A stretch of DNA of 28,440 nt from Candidatus Rifleibacteriota bacterium (GCA_024710355.1 JANJUX010000012.1:64001-92440), one strand, 5' to 3'. Numbered from the stretch's first letter, positions 1 through 8,547 are shown. Program-made: numbers and translations. Notes: generated from the sequence alone by a model not told the origin.

Positions 1-123
1 AGGAAGCCATCGATGGTTTGATCAGGTAAAACAACTGATTTCGGCGTGATAACGCTCTGGAGCGAGAAAGCAGGGCGGGCGTTGAAAAGCACGCGGGCAG
101 ATAGATTCTGAAATGTCGCTTAT

Positions 124-158
124 AAAAAGACACCGGTTGAGTTCCGGTGTCTTTTTTC
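124..158. terminator. Bidirectional rho-independent terminator. An 8-bp GC stem (GACACCGG / CCGGTGTC, loop TTGAGTT) is flanked by an A-tract upstream and a T-tract downstream.
   Basis: Perfect hairpin at 129-136 / 144-151 with aaaaa before and tttttt after. It lies immediately 3' of the minus-strand peptidase gene, whose stop is at 184. Confidence 0.7.
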
Positions 159-183
159 ATCTACGGCGTATTCGGTCGCATTC

Positions 184-2103
184 TCAGGTGCCGGAAAGAA
201 TCTTTCTGAAGAAGATCGCCTCTTTTTCGAGAGAATCGACGAGGTTGGCTTTCTGCCTGAATCCATGCGCTTCGGTGGGGTATTCGTAATATTCGTGCCG
301 GATGTGTTTGCTCGCGAGAATTTCGGCCATTTCGCGTGAATTCTCGGGCGGCACGACCTTGTCTTCTGAACCCTGGAAGATAATCATCGGACTTTTGAGG
401 TTAACGAGATGATTGATCGGCGACCGATCTTCGAAAATGTGGCGATGCGTGCTCATGGGCCCGCCGAGAAGTCCCTCAAGGTAACGCGATTCGAATTTGT
501 GGGTCAGATTCTGCAGGGTGACGAGATTGCCGATGCCGAAATAACTGGCGCCGGTGGCAAACATCTCAGGAAACATCGTAAGCAGTCGTTGTACCGTATA
601 GCCGCCGGCACTGCCGCCAGAAACCACAGCTTTGTCACCGATCATGCGCTTTTCGCGCAGGTATTGCAGACCGTCTTTGACGTCGCTGATCTCAAGAACT
701 CCCCATTCGCCAAGCAGTGCGTCACGATAGGCCCTGCCAAAACCGGTTGAACCGCGATAGTTAACGTCGAAAATCGCATAGCCCTGGCTGGTCCAGAAGA
801 CATGCTCGCGGCTGAAACCGGCTCGTGCCAGGCTGGTCGGGCCGCCGTGCACGAGAACCCTTACCGGCGGGAGCTCCCCTTCGGGAGTTTTGTAATTGCT
901 GTTTTTCGGGGGGTAGAAGTAACCGTGGCATAACTGGCCATCACTGGTTGGAAAGCTGATTTTTTCGGGGCTGCTGATGTCTGCAGCCGAAATATGGCAT
1001 TCTGATGTGTGCCGTAGAATTTCGAGACTGGCATTTTTCTTTATCAGGGCCAGCTGAGTTGGCCTGTCAGCGGGGGTTCCGGTCAGGGCTAGATTTTCGC
1101 CACATACGACTGGCTTCGATATCGACAGAAACGGCGTCGGCAGTTCGGTTAAACTGCCGCTTTCAGCGTCAACCCAGGCCAGACCAGGCATTCCGTCGTT
1201 GAATGTCAGGGCAAGAATCCTGTCTGCAACGTGCAGAATATAGGCAATCTCATGCCCGGCCGCTGTTATGCGCTTTGTAGAGCCATTGTGCCAGGTGTAA
1301 ATGTTGAAAAAATTATCGGTCGAATTCTGCCCGGCCCCTTTTCGGTCGATGCTGTAGCGTATTTCGCCGTTACTGTTGAAGGAAAAGTCGCTTATCGCTT
1401 CACTGTCTGAGCCGGCAATTCTGCACAGGGCCTTCTGGTTCACTTCGCCGTCGGCAAAGGGAGAGCAACAGAGAACCGTTGAATCCCAGGGCATATAGGG
1501 GTGATTCCATTGCAGCCAGGCGATATTTTTGCCGTCCGGCGAAAAAAACGGCTGTTTGTAAAAATCGGCACCGCACACCAGAATTTTGGGCTCCTGAATG
1601 CCAGGTTTTTGCAGGTCCAGAAGGCAGAGAGCGTTTTCTGGCTCATTGTGCCCGCCTTCAAGCTCAAAAGCTGCAACCAGCCAGCGGCCATCAGCAGACA
1701 CGGCTGGCTGCATGAACTTCATCATCCGGCCGTCGGCGGCCTTTTCGGGGGTAATGGGGGCCGGAGTTTCGCTTTTACCGAAATCAAAGGCATAAAGGCG
1801 CTGATCAGAGAAGTTGGCGAATATAACCCGGGTTTCAGTCGTGACGTAAGGCATGCCGCCGTATTCCATGACCCTGGTTCTCGCTGAAAAAGGCGCGGGC
1901 AGCAGTTCTTTGATTGTGCCGTCGGGAGTGCGCAGCATGATGACGCAGCGACCTTTCTCTTCGGGGCGCATTTCAACCCAGAACAGCCTGCCGGCCGCAT
2001 CGCCGGAGAGAAATGAAAAATTCACGGTTGCCTGAAAGACTTCTTCGGCGCTTATTGCCGGTTTCCAGGTGAGATATGACGCTGTGACTGGTGCGCTGTG
2101 CAT
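184..2103 (-). CDS. S9 family serine peptidase (dipeptidyl aminopeptidase / acylaminoacyl-peptidase type): N-terminal beta-propeller plus C-terminal alpha/beta hydrolase.
   Basis: Nucleophile elbow VVSGGSAGGYT (GxSxGG) with downstream D/H region (EYYEYPTEAHGF). The ORF track extends to 2280, but AAGGAGA sits 7 nt before the Met at 2103 (MHSAPV...). The longer N-terminus would overlap the upstream gene by 157 nt. Confidence 0.85.
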   Translation of the reverse strand: MHSAPVTASYLTWKPAISAEEVFQATVNFSFLSGDAAGRLFWVEMRPEEKGRCVIMLRTPDGTIKELLPAPFSARTRVMEYGGMPYVTTETRVIFANFSDQRLYAFDFGKSETPAPITPEKAADGRMMKFMQPAVSADGRWLVAAFELEGGHNEPENALCLLDLQKPGIQEPKILVCGADFYKQPFFSPDGKNIAWLQWNHPYMPWDSTVLCCSPFADGEVNQKALCRIAGSDSEAISDFSFNSNGEIRYSIDRKGAGQNSTDNFFNIYTWHNGSTKRITAAGHEIAYILHVADRILALTFNDGMPGLAWVDAESGSLTELPTPFLSISKPVVCGENLALTGTPADRPTQLALIKKNASLEILRHTSECHISAADISSPEKISFPTSDGQLCHGYFYPPKNSNYKTPEGELPPVRVLVHGGPTSLARAGFSREHVFWTSQGYAIFDVNYRGSTGFGRAYRDALLGEWGVLEISDVKDGLQYLREKRMIGDKAVVSGGSAGGYTVQRLLTMFPEMFATGASYFGIGNLVTLQNLTHKFESRYLEGLLGGPMSTHRHIFEDRSPINHLVNLKSPMIIFQGSEDKVVPPENSREMAEILASKHIRHEYYEYPTEAHGFRQKANLVDSLEKEAIFFRKILSGT

Positions 2104-2123
2104 TTGAATGTCTCCTTTGCCTG

Positions 2124-3143
2124 TCAGCTGTCTTTGCGGTTGAGAACGCACTGTGGGTCGTCGCCGAGCGGGTCGCCCGAAAGGGCCCGCGCCAGAGCCC
2201 GGCACCCAGGGCAGTCGTCGTATGGGCATGAGCCGCAGGCTATGCCATGCAGTTTTGGCCTTATGCGGCTGCATTCCCATTCTGCCAGCCGCAGTCTGAT
2301 TGCAGAGAATGGCTCATGCAGGATATTGCCGACCGGAATCTGCAGGCGGCGGCACGGAAAAACGGTGCCGTCTGGCATCAAAGCCATCGATTCATGCCCG
2401 AGATTGCATAAAGCGGCTTCAAGCATGTCTTCTGGTTCTGCTTTGCCATTGGTAACCAGGCCAAAAGCCCGGCATGCAGCCAGTTCGTCGGGGTCGATTT
2501 CGAGACCGGCAGCGGCGCCGATGCTTCTTATGGCTTTATACCAGTCATCTGCCGACAACAATGACTCTGAAATGTCCAGACCTGTGCCCAACGGTATGAA
2601 GCGCTCGAAGAGAATGTCGTCAGCGCCGGTTTCTCTGGCGAAGTCGACCGTTTCTTTTATCGTTTCACAGTTGAGGCGCGAGAGTGTCATCATCAGCGTC
2701 ACCGATTTGCCGGTGATTTCGCGGTAGAGTGGAATCGTGCGGCGCAGACCGCTCAATGAGCCGGTCCCGCGGATGAAATCGTTGATTTTTTCATCACCCG
2801 ATTCGAGAGAGATTCTGAATGATCGCAGACGCTGAAAACTGCCGAGTCTGGTCAAAAGCGCCCGGTCTTCGATGGTGCCGTTGGTGATGATATTTATTTC
2901 GGCGAGGTTTTCGTAGCTTTCAAGGTGAGCGATAAGGTCAGTCAGGTCAGGCAGAAGCAAGGGTTCGCCGCCGGTAAGATTGACGGTTACCGGTTCATTG
3001 GGGATCGCCGCCAGAACAGCATCTGCTGCCAGACGTCGTCTGTCTGCCCCGTCAGACAAACTCTCGCGTTCATGTGCATTTTGATAACAGTGCCGGCACC
3101 GGCGATTGCACAGATCGGTCAGATGCCACTGAAACCCAAACAT
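2124..3143 (-). CDS. Radical SAM enzyme with C-terminal SPASM/twitch-like Cys cluster (peptide-modifying maturase or anSME-like).
   Basis: N-terminal CNRRCRHC (Cx3Cx2C) at residues 12-19. C-terminal DGTVFPC and CGSCPYDDCPGC motifs are typical of SPASM auxiliary cluster ligands. The protein is 339 aa. The 20-nt gap to the peptidase gene contains an RBS, so the two are an operon. Confidence 0.85.
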   Translation of the reverse strand: MFGFQWHLTDLCNRRCRHCYQNAHERESLSDGADRRRLAADAVLAAIPNEPVTVNLTGGEPLLLPDLTDLIAHLESYENLAEINIITNGTIEDRALLTRLGSFQRLRSFRISLESGDEKINDFIRGTGSLSGLRRTIPLYREITGKSVTLMMTLSRLNCETIKETVDFARETGADDILFERFIPLGTGLDISESLLSADDWYKAIRSIGAAAGLEIDPDELAACRAFGLVTNGKAEPEDMLEAALCNLGHESMALMPDGTVFPCRRLQIPVGNILHEPFSAIRLRLAEWECSRIRPKLHGIACGSCPYDDCPGCRALARALSGDPLGDDPQCVLNRKDS

Positions 3144-3176
3144 TCAGTCACCACCAGATATGATAAAAAGGCCCGG

Positions 3177-3272
3177 TCAGGAACATAACACTTTAAGCGG
3201 TCTGCAACAAGCCATTTTCTGCCTGAACGGTGCCTTTGCGGGAATGGCCCGGAAGAATGACCGTGCCATCAT
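3177..3272 (-). CDS. Candidate small Cys-containing peptide (31 aa: MMARSFFRAIPAKAPFRQKMACCRPLKVLCS). It may be a precursor or substrate for the adjacent rSAM/SPASM enzyme.
   Basis: I translated this ORF by hand from the minus strand between the MFS stop (3283) and the rSAM start (3143). It falls below the six-frame track length cutoff. It has a basic N-terminal half and a C-terminal CC...C cluster. There is no convincing Shine-Dalgarno, so this is speculative. Confidence 0.25.
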   Translation of the reverse strand: MMARSFFRAIPAKAPFRQKMACCRPLKVLCS

Positions 3273-3282
3273 CGTGGCATAT

Positions 3283-4593
3283 TCAAGAATTATTGAGGTT
3301 TTCGGCAGCCTGCTTTTCTCTCTGGATACGGGCTCTGTTTGTCCAGGTGTGTGGCAGAAGCACGAGCATCAGCCAGCCGATCAGCATCAAAACGATAGCC
3401 AGACCAAATGCCGCCTGAAAAGCGGCTGTTTCTCTGGTGCCGTCAGGTGATACCCAGCCGATGATCAGGCCCATGACCCACATTCCGAGGCCGCCGCCGA
3501 CGAAACCGGTGAAATTGTAGACGCCGAGGGCGGTGCCGGCCATCGAGGCCGGAAAACACTCGCGTGCAATGCCGAAACTGATCGAAAAGAAGCCGGCGCA
3601 GAAACCCATAACCGCGAGCAGCGGAATCAGATAGCTCTGCATTGTTGAAGTGGCGAAAACCAGAGGTACCCAGCACAGCAGATAGCCGAACATTCCGGCT
3701 GTCAGAACCGTGTGGCGCCGCTGAACCGATTTCCCGGCCAGAATGCCGGAGACGATTGCCCCGAGCATCAGGCCAAGGGCAAGCCAGGTCAGGGCATAGC
3801 CGACCGATGTGTCTGGCATCTGATAGATGCGCTTGAGAAATGGGCCGGCCCAGAGGCCCTGAAAACTGATTATCGTGGTTTCGAAAGCGAAGAAGTAGAG
3901 AGTTACGGCCCAGAATCTTTTTGATTTGAGCATGCCGCGCAGGCCTGAACGCTCGCCCGGTTCCACTGTTTCGTCAGAGTCGTGGTGCTTTGCAGAACCG
4001 GCTTCTGGCCCACTTTCTTTTGGGCGTTCAGATTCTGGTGGCTGGTCTTTGACCACGAGCCAGACAAATATCACCAGAAGCAGGGTAATGACGCTGACGA
4101 GTTCCATCGTGGCCCGCCAGCCCCAGACGCTTTTTATTACAGCCAGCGGCCATGTCGAACTCAGTGCGCCAAGGTTGCCTACTGCCAGCATCATGCCGGT
4201 CATAAATACAAAAGATTCGCCGCCAAACCAGCAGCCCATAAGTCTGAGCGCCGGCACATAAACGCAGCCGACCCCGGCACCGACCAGCCAGCGCGATAGA
4301 ACCGCCGTTTCGAATGAAGCCGCCTTGCCGAAAGCAAAGGCGCCGAGGCTTGCCAGCAGCAGAAACAGTGATATGGTCTTGCGGGCACCCCAGCGGTCTG
4401 AAAGGATGCCGACCGGTATCTGTACCGTTGCATAGCCAAGCAGATACATCGATGAGAGAAAACCGAGTGCTGCCGGTTCAAGGCCAAGGTCGGCGGTGAG
4501 GTCGCCGGCCATTACCGCAGTGCAGAACCGATGAAACATGACAAAGAAATAGGCAATCGCCAGAACCCAGAATATGGCCCACTTTCTTGTCAT
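3283..4593 (-). CDS. Major facilitator superfamily transporter, 12-TM type.
   Basis: MFS motif A (GILSDRWGARKT), multiple hydrophobic helices and a central cytoplasmic loop rich in charged residues. RBS AAGGAAAG precedes the ATG. Confidence 0.85.
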   Translation of the reverse strand: MTRKWAIFWVLAIAYFFVMFHRFCTAVMAGDLTADLGLEPAALGFLSSMYLLGYATVQIPVGILSDRWGARKTISLFLLLASLGAFAFGKAASFETAVLSRWLVGAGVGCVYVPALRLMGCWFGGESFVFMTGMMLAVGNLGALSSTWPLAVIKSVWGWRATMELVSVITLLLVIFVWLVVKDQPPESERPKESGPEAGSAKHHDSDETVEPGERSGLRGMLKSKRFWAVTLYFFAFETTIISFQGLWAGPFLKRIYQMPDTSVGYALTWLALGLMLGAIVSGILAGKSVQRRHTVLTAGMFGYLLCWVPLVFATSTMQSYLIPLLAVMGFCAGFFSISFGIARECFPASMAGTALGVYNFTGFVGGGLGMWVMGLIIGWVSPDGTRETAAFQAAFGLAIVLMLIGWLMLVLLPHTWTNRARIQREKQAAENLNNS

Positions 4594-4744
4594 TGCGGCT
4601 TTCCTTGTTAATGTTCTCTTTACTTAAGCTTGCCTGTAAAGAAGCGTTTATGCAACTATTTTCTGATAGGACTGCCGGTTTTCCGCTTCGGGTATTTCTG
4701 TTACAATCGTCTGCATAATTTTGCTCAGACAGGGAAGAAATCTT

Positions 4745-5434
4745 ATGACCTTTTCATTATCGCCCAGAAAAAGTCTGAAAGTCGTGCTGTTGCTGGCAGT
4801 GCTTTTTCTCGTGCTGGCTGTTGAACCTCAGCCATTGCAGGCAGATGATATCGAGAAACAGATGCGCGAACTGCTCGCTGAGGCTGGCCCTTTCCCTGAG
4901 GCGGTTGCCAGGCCGCGCGACCCTGTAAACACTGAGCTGACGATTCGTGAAAGATTTAATCGTATCTGGAACAATTTTCTGGGCTTCAGGGTCACCTATG
5001 CGACCGCGAGAGGTAAAGCCTGCCACGCAAACCAGCGGGTAATCGCCGGTGCGATTGAAATGTACAACATGGATAACGCGACGATGATGAAAACATTGCG
5101 GCACGACGACGCCGTTATGGCCTCGGGAGCGCTGGTCAGGGGCCTTTACCTTAAGAATGGGATTCGCCCGCCTGAATCTGACTGTGAATATTTCAGTTTT
5201 GGTGATCTGACAAAAAATGGCATAGTTTATTGCCGGCGACATGGCACGATTGAACCGTATTATAAAGCCATAGCAAAGGTTGCTGGTGTTAAAATGCCTG
5301 TCGATGAGCGGGCAGAAAATCTTCAGATTGCTTTGGCCGGCATGGTCGGTCTGATTCTGATCTCAATGGCGGTTCTGATCGTTCTGTTTTTCAGTCGCCG
5401 CCAGTCGTCAGAGGCATCAGACGCAGATAAATAG
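4745..5434 (+). CDS. Secreted/membrane-anchored protein with a GspG-like (T2SS major pseudopilin) globular segment. It has an N-terminal Sec-type signal peptide and a C-terminal TM anchor.
   Basis: AIEMYNMDNATMMKT...GLYLKNGIRPPESDCEYFSFGD resembles the conserved GspG/PulG ALDMYKLDN...YPTT...DPWG..Y..FSLG region, from memory. The N-terminus (MTFSLSPRKSLKVVLLLAVLFLVLAV) is a classical signal peptide, not a prepilin G-FTLxE leader. The C-terminal hydrophobic stretch is IALAGMVGLILISMAVLIVLFF. The start was moved to the Met at 4745, which has GGGAAGAAA upstream. Confidence 0.55.
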   Translation: MTFSLSPRKSLKVVLLLAVLFLVLAVEPQPLQADDIEKQMRELLAEAGPFPEAVARPRDPVNTELTIRERFNRIWNNFLGFRVTYATARGKACHANQRVIAGAIEMYNMDNATMMKTLRHDDAVMASGALVRGLYLKNGIRPPESDCEYFSFGDLTKNGIVYCRRHGTIEPYYKAIAKVAGVKMPVDERAENLQIALAGMVGLILISMAVLIVLFFSRRQSSEASDADK

Positions 5435-5539
5435 GCCTTTTTTGCCGGTTCTGTTTTTTGGCAGGTTTTATTTGAATCTGAGTGCCAAAAAAGGTTATAG
5501 TTAGAGCAATACATAGAAAGTTTCAAGTTCTGCAAAGTC

Positions 5540-6619
5540 ATGTCATGCTTTAAGCGGCAGTTAACCTGCTTTCGCCCGCGCAACAGCGGTTTCGTTTTTC
5601 CGCTGATTCTTTTTGCATCCCTGGCGGTCGGCCTGTTTATTCTGACGCTTACCCAGTATCAATCAGCGAATCGAGTCAAGCTTCAGCATCTCAACGACTA
5701 CCAGGGTGCATTTAACATCGCCTGGTCGGCACTTGTCGAAGTGCTGGCCGACATTCAGGCGAAGCAGTGGAGCAACCGTTCTTTTAAATCCGGGCCGAAA
5801 GACAAGTCTGCCAGCCTGTTCGGCGGCAGTTACAATCTCAGGGTGGCTGACCATGATGTGGCGCAGTATCTGTTCAATGTTAAAGTCAGGGTGAGCTTTA
5901 AAAACAAAAATCACCTGTTCTACTGGCGCATGAAATACAACCCGAATTTGCTCGATTTTACCAATCTTTTCATACCTGTCTGCTATGATGACATGCTCGA
6001 TGAGCCTGGTGCGGCGCCTGGCGATATCGATGCAATCGTCGATGATATGCTCGAAACCCGTGAAGAGAACCGTGAGAAGGCCGAAGAGATCGCCAAAGCC
6101 ATCAAAGCGACGCCGACTCTTAAGGAGGCACTGCAAAAAATCGGCATCAAACCCGACAAAGTCAAGGATGCCGACAAGCCAAGACCAGCGCCCCCAACGG
6201 TGCCGACTGCGCCGACTCCGCTGACGCTGAAAGATATCGCGGCCCTGGCTACCGGTGCTGACCCTGAAGTGGTCTTTGCAATCAAAGATTTTCATTTTGG
6301 TGGTGACGTCGCAGTGCTTACCGAAGAACAGAAAGACCTGCTCGACGCTATGGCTAAAATTCTTGCCGACCGGCCCGAGATTAAAATCGAGCTGCGTGGC
6401 CATACGACCGGTCTGGTTGGTACCGCCGAAAGCAATCTTGAATTCTCGATTCAGCGGGCACAGAACGTGGCCGACTATCTTATCAGTGTTGGTATTGCAT
6501 CTGAAAGGCTCACAGTTAAAGGTTTTGGTCGCGATAAACCGCTCGCCAGCAACGACACAGAGGCCGGTCAGACGAAAAACCGCCGCGTCGAATTCGTTCT
6601 TTCATCCACATCAAGTTAG
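5540..6619 (+). CDS. OmpA/MotB-like peptidoglycan-binding protein with N-terminal TM helix and Pro-rich linker.
   Basis: C-terminal OmpA-like domain (TAESNLEFSIQRAQNVADYL...GFGRDKPLASNDTEAGQTKNRRVEFVL). The linker is KPRPAPPTVPTAPTP, and the N-terminal hydrophobic helix is FVFPLILFASLAVGLFIL. Confidence 0.8.
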   Translation: MSCFKRQLTCFRPRNSGFVFPLILFASLAVGLFILTLTQYQSANRVKLQHLNDYQGAFNIAWSALVEVLADIQAKQWSNRSFKSGPKDKSASLFGGSYNLRVADHDVAQYLFNVKVRVSFKNKNHLFYWRMKYNPNLLDFTNLFIPVCYDDMLDEPGAAPGDIDAIVDDMLETREENREKAEEIAKAIKATPTLKEALQKIGIKPDKVKDADKPRPAPPTVPTAPTPLTLKDIAALATGADPEVVFAIKDFHFGGDVAVLTEEQKDLLDAMAKILADRPEIKIELRGHTTGLVGTAESNLEFSIQRAQNVADYLISVGIASERLTVKGFGRDKPLASNDTEAGQTKNRRVEFVLSSTSS

Positions 6620-6651
6620 TTACAGCCGCAGCGGAGTTTGGGTTACCGACT

Positions 6652-7224
6652 ATGAAAAATCGATCTGACAGAAGTTCTTTAACGGCCGCAAGTAGCGGTT
6701 TTACGGTATTGGAACTCGTGGTTGTCGTCGGCATAATGGCTCTGCTGGCGGCAATGGTATTCGGCATGTTTTCTACGACCAGTTCCAACCAGCAGAAGGT
6801 TTCGACCGACATGCAGATGCAGGCAATGATACTTAACTCGCAAAATCGCATCGTAAGAGCGGTCAGAGAAGGCATCGATTTTATTCTGCCCGAACTTGGT
6901 GAAGAGTCGGCTGCCCTCTTTTTTGCTGACAGTGAAAATAACATCAGGGTGCTCTATCAGCAGAAAGACGAAGAACTGTCAAAACGCACCGGCAAAACTT
7001 TGTACAAGCTCGTTCATCAAAAGGTTGAAACGAAAGGCTTTAATAGCAGCAGCCCGGCATCTGACCCGAAAATGTCGTCGACGGTTGCCGAGTATGTTAA
7101 AGACATCAAATTTCGCGTTTCAAGCGCCAATACGGTCAATGTTACCGCCAGTTTTGCGACCGAGCGCGCCGAATTTCAGACAATGTTCGAGATTGGCCTG
7201 CAGAATTCGGGAGTTGTTGAATGA
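6652..7224 (+). CDS. Prepilin-type N-terminal cleavage/methylation domain protein (pseudopilin / type IV pilin-like), 190 aa.
   Basis: Class III signal: charged leader, then G|FTVLELVVVVGIMALLAAMVF (G-F-T-x-x-E motif followed by a hydrophobic helix). Confidence 0.8.
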   Translation: MKNRSDRSSLTAASSGFTVLELVVVVGIMALLAAMVFGMFSTTSSNQQKVSTDMQMQAMILNSQNRIVRAVREGIDFILPELGEESAALFFADSENNIRVLYQQKDEELSKRTGKTLYKLVHQKVETKGFNSSSPASDPKMSSTVAEYVKDIKFRVSSANTVNVTASFATERAEFQTMFEIGLQNSGVVE

Positions 7225-8498
7225 ACCAGCGAGCAAACCGTGGTATGACACTGCTTGAACTGCTGATCGGCTTTTTTCTGCTGGTTTCGGCCTCGATTAT
7301 TTTTTTTCAGGCCATGCACAGCTTTAAAAAAGAAACCACCTTTACTTCGGAAAATTTCCTCGCGGCTTCTCTGACTGAAAAAGTGCTCGAGCAATGCTAC
7401 CAGGAGGCCGACCTGAACCCGCATGGCCTGCAGGCAATCGGTCTGGCCGATGCCGACGGCGCGCTCTACCCGTTTTCGACCTTTGTGACTGACAGAGAGA
7501 CAATTTTCTTTTCGAACCCGGGCATAACCGACACCGAAACCCCTAATCTACACAAGGTTCTCAAAGAAAATTTCAACCTCAAGGTGTCTGGTGAGAAGAA
7601 ACCCGGGTTTTATGAAATCAACGCCGGTTTTAACTGGAAAGCTGGTTCAGGCAAGGGCGGTTCGTTTGCCTCTACCCGTATTCTCTCGTTCACCGGCGAA
7701 AAGGAAGTGCTGACCACCTTCGCTTTGTCGGATACCGAGGTGAAAAACCGCCTGGTAAAAGATGTGTTCAACGCGCCCGGTGCCGCCCTCGGCAGCAAAG
7801 TCAGCAGTGCCGGTGCCGAAAAACTGCTGCTCAGCGTCGGGCATGTCTATTACACCTGCCTCGACTGGTTGAATTCTTCCGAGTTCAAAGACCGCTATCA
7901 GAAAGCCCGCAGCCTCGAAATTATTTCGTCACCTGCATCTGAAGACTATGCTGACTGCACCCGCATGTATTTTGAGCTCGCCAGAGACATGCTGCATCTT
8001 ATGATGAGTCTGAAAGGGCATGCAGAAGAGGCGGGCAAAGACATCAGCTTTCTTGCCGCCCTTCCGAAAACTGAGAAATACATCGTCGAGAGTCGTATCG
8101 AACGCGGTGGCCTGTTTTATCGCCAGCTGCGCCGTCTTTTCTTCAATTGCCTTTTCAGGGTTGCTGAGCGTTACGAGCAGCAGAGCAGGCATTCCGGGTC
8201 GCCAAAGCAACAGCGCCAGCTGATTGTGCGGCTGTTCAACATCAACCGGATTCTCTATGCCAATCGCAGCTTCAGCGATGAGGTTCCGGCAGCTGAGATC
8301 GAAAGCCGTTACCGCGATTTCATCACGAGAATGCAGACGGCGTTTCGTGATGCCGACCCTTCGATTTTTCGCCTTGCCGACCAGGAAAAGACGTTTATCA
8401 CCGCCGGCAATCTCAAAGACCGCTTTTTCATGTTGAAGTTGACCGGCGAGCTTTTTGCCACCATCGATAAATTTCTGACGGTTCTCGACCCGGCCTAA
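7221..8498 (+). CDS. Large prepilin-type N-terminal domain protein (minor pseudopilin-like), 425 aa.
   Basis: MNQRANRG|MTLLELLIGFFLLVSASIIFF matches the prepilin peptidase motif. Its start overlaps the upstream pseudopilin stop (ATGA), implying translational coupling. Confidence 0.75.
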   Translation: MNQRANRGMTLLELLIGFFLLVSASIIFFQAMHSFKKETTFTSENFLAASLTEKVLEQCYQEADLNPHGLQAIGLADADGALYPFSTFVTDRETIFFSNPGITDTETPNLHKVLKENFNLKVSGEKKPGFYEINAGFNWKAGSGKGGSFASTRILSFTGEKEVLTTFALSDTEVKNRLVKDVFNAPGAALGSKVSSAGAEKLLLSVGHVYYTCLDWLNSSEFKDRYQKARSLEIISSPASEDYADCTRMYFELARDMLHLMMSLKGHAEEAGKDISFLAALPKTEKYIVESRIERGGLFYRQLRRLFFNCLFRVAERYEQQSRHSGSPKQQRQLIVRLFNINRILYANRSFSDEVPAAEIESRYRDFITRMQTAFRDADPSIFRLADQEKTFITAGNLKDRFFMLKLTGELFATIDKFLTVLDPA

Positions 8499-8520
8499 AG
8501 GTTTTCTGCCAGACAAAAAT

Positions 8521-8547
8521 ACCCGGCCTTCACATTCCGGGCCGGGT
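8521..8547. terminator. GC-rich hairpin (ACCCGGCC / GGCCGGGT, 11-nt loop) between convergent genes. The T-tract is on the minus strand, so it most likely terminates the ALDH transcript.
   Basis: Perfect 8-bp stem. On the minus strand it is followed by ATTTTTG. The plus-strand tail is weak (TAAATAC). Confidence 0.45.

Noticed and set aside
2104-2280. N-terminal 59-codon extension of the S9 peptidase ORF, which would make a 698-aa product as in the track.
   Set aside because: It overlaps the 3' end of the radical SAM gene by 157 nt. A strong AAGGAGA RBS sits 7 nt before the internal Met at 2103, so the shorter start is far more plausible.
2098-2727. 209-aa plus-strand ORF, plus the further plus-strand ORFs at 2925-3188, 3160-3450 and 3230-3418.
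   Set aside because: They are antisense to, or overlap, the rSAM and MFS genes. They are Ser/Arg/Pro-rich with no RBS, the typical shadow-ORF composition.
5663-6403. 246-aa minus-strand ORF and nested 100-aa ORF antisense to the OmpA-like gene.
   Set aside because: They overlap a confidently assigned OmpA-domain gene on the opposite strand. They are low-complexity Arg/Ser-rich, with no start context.
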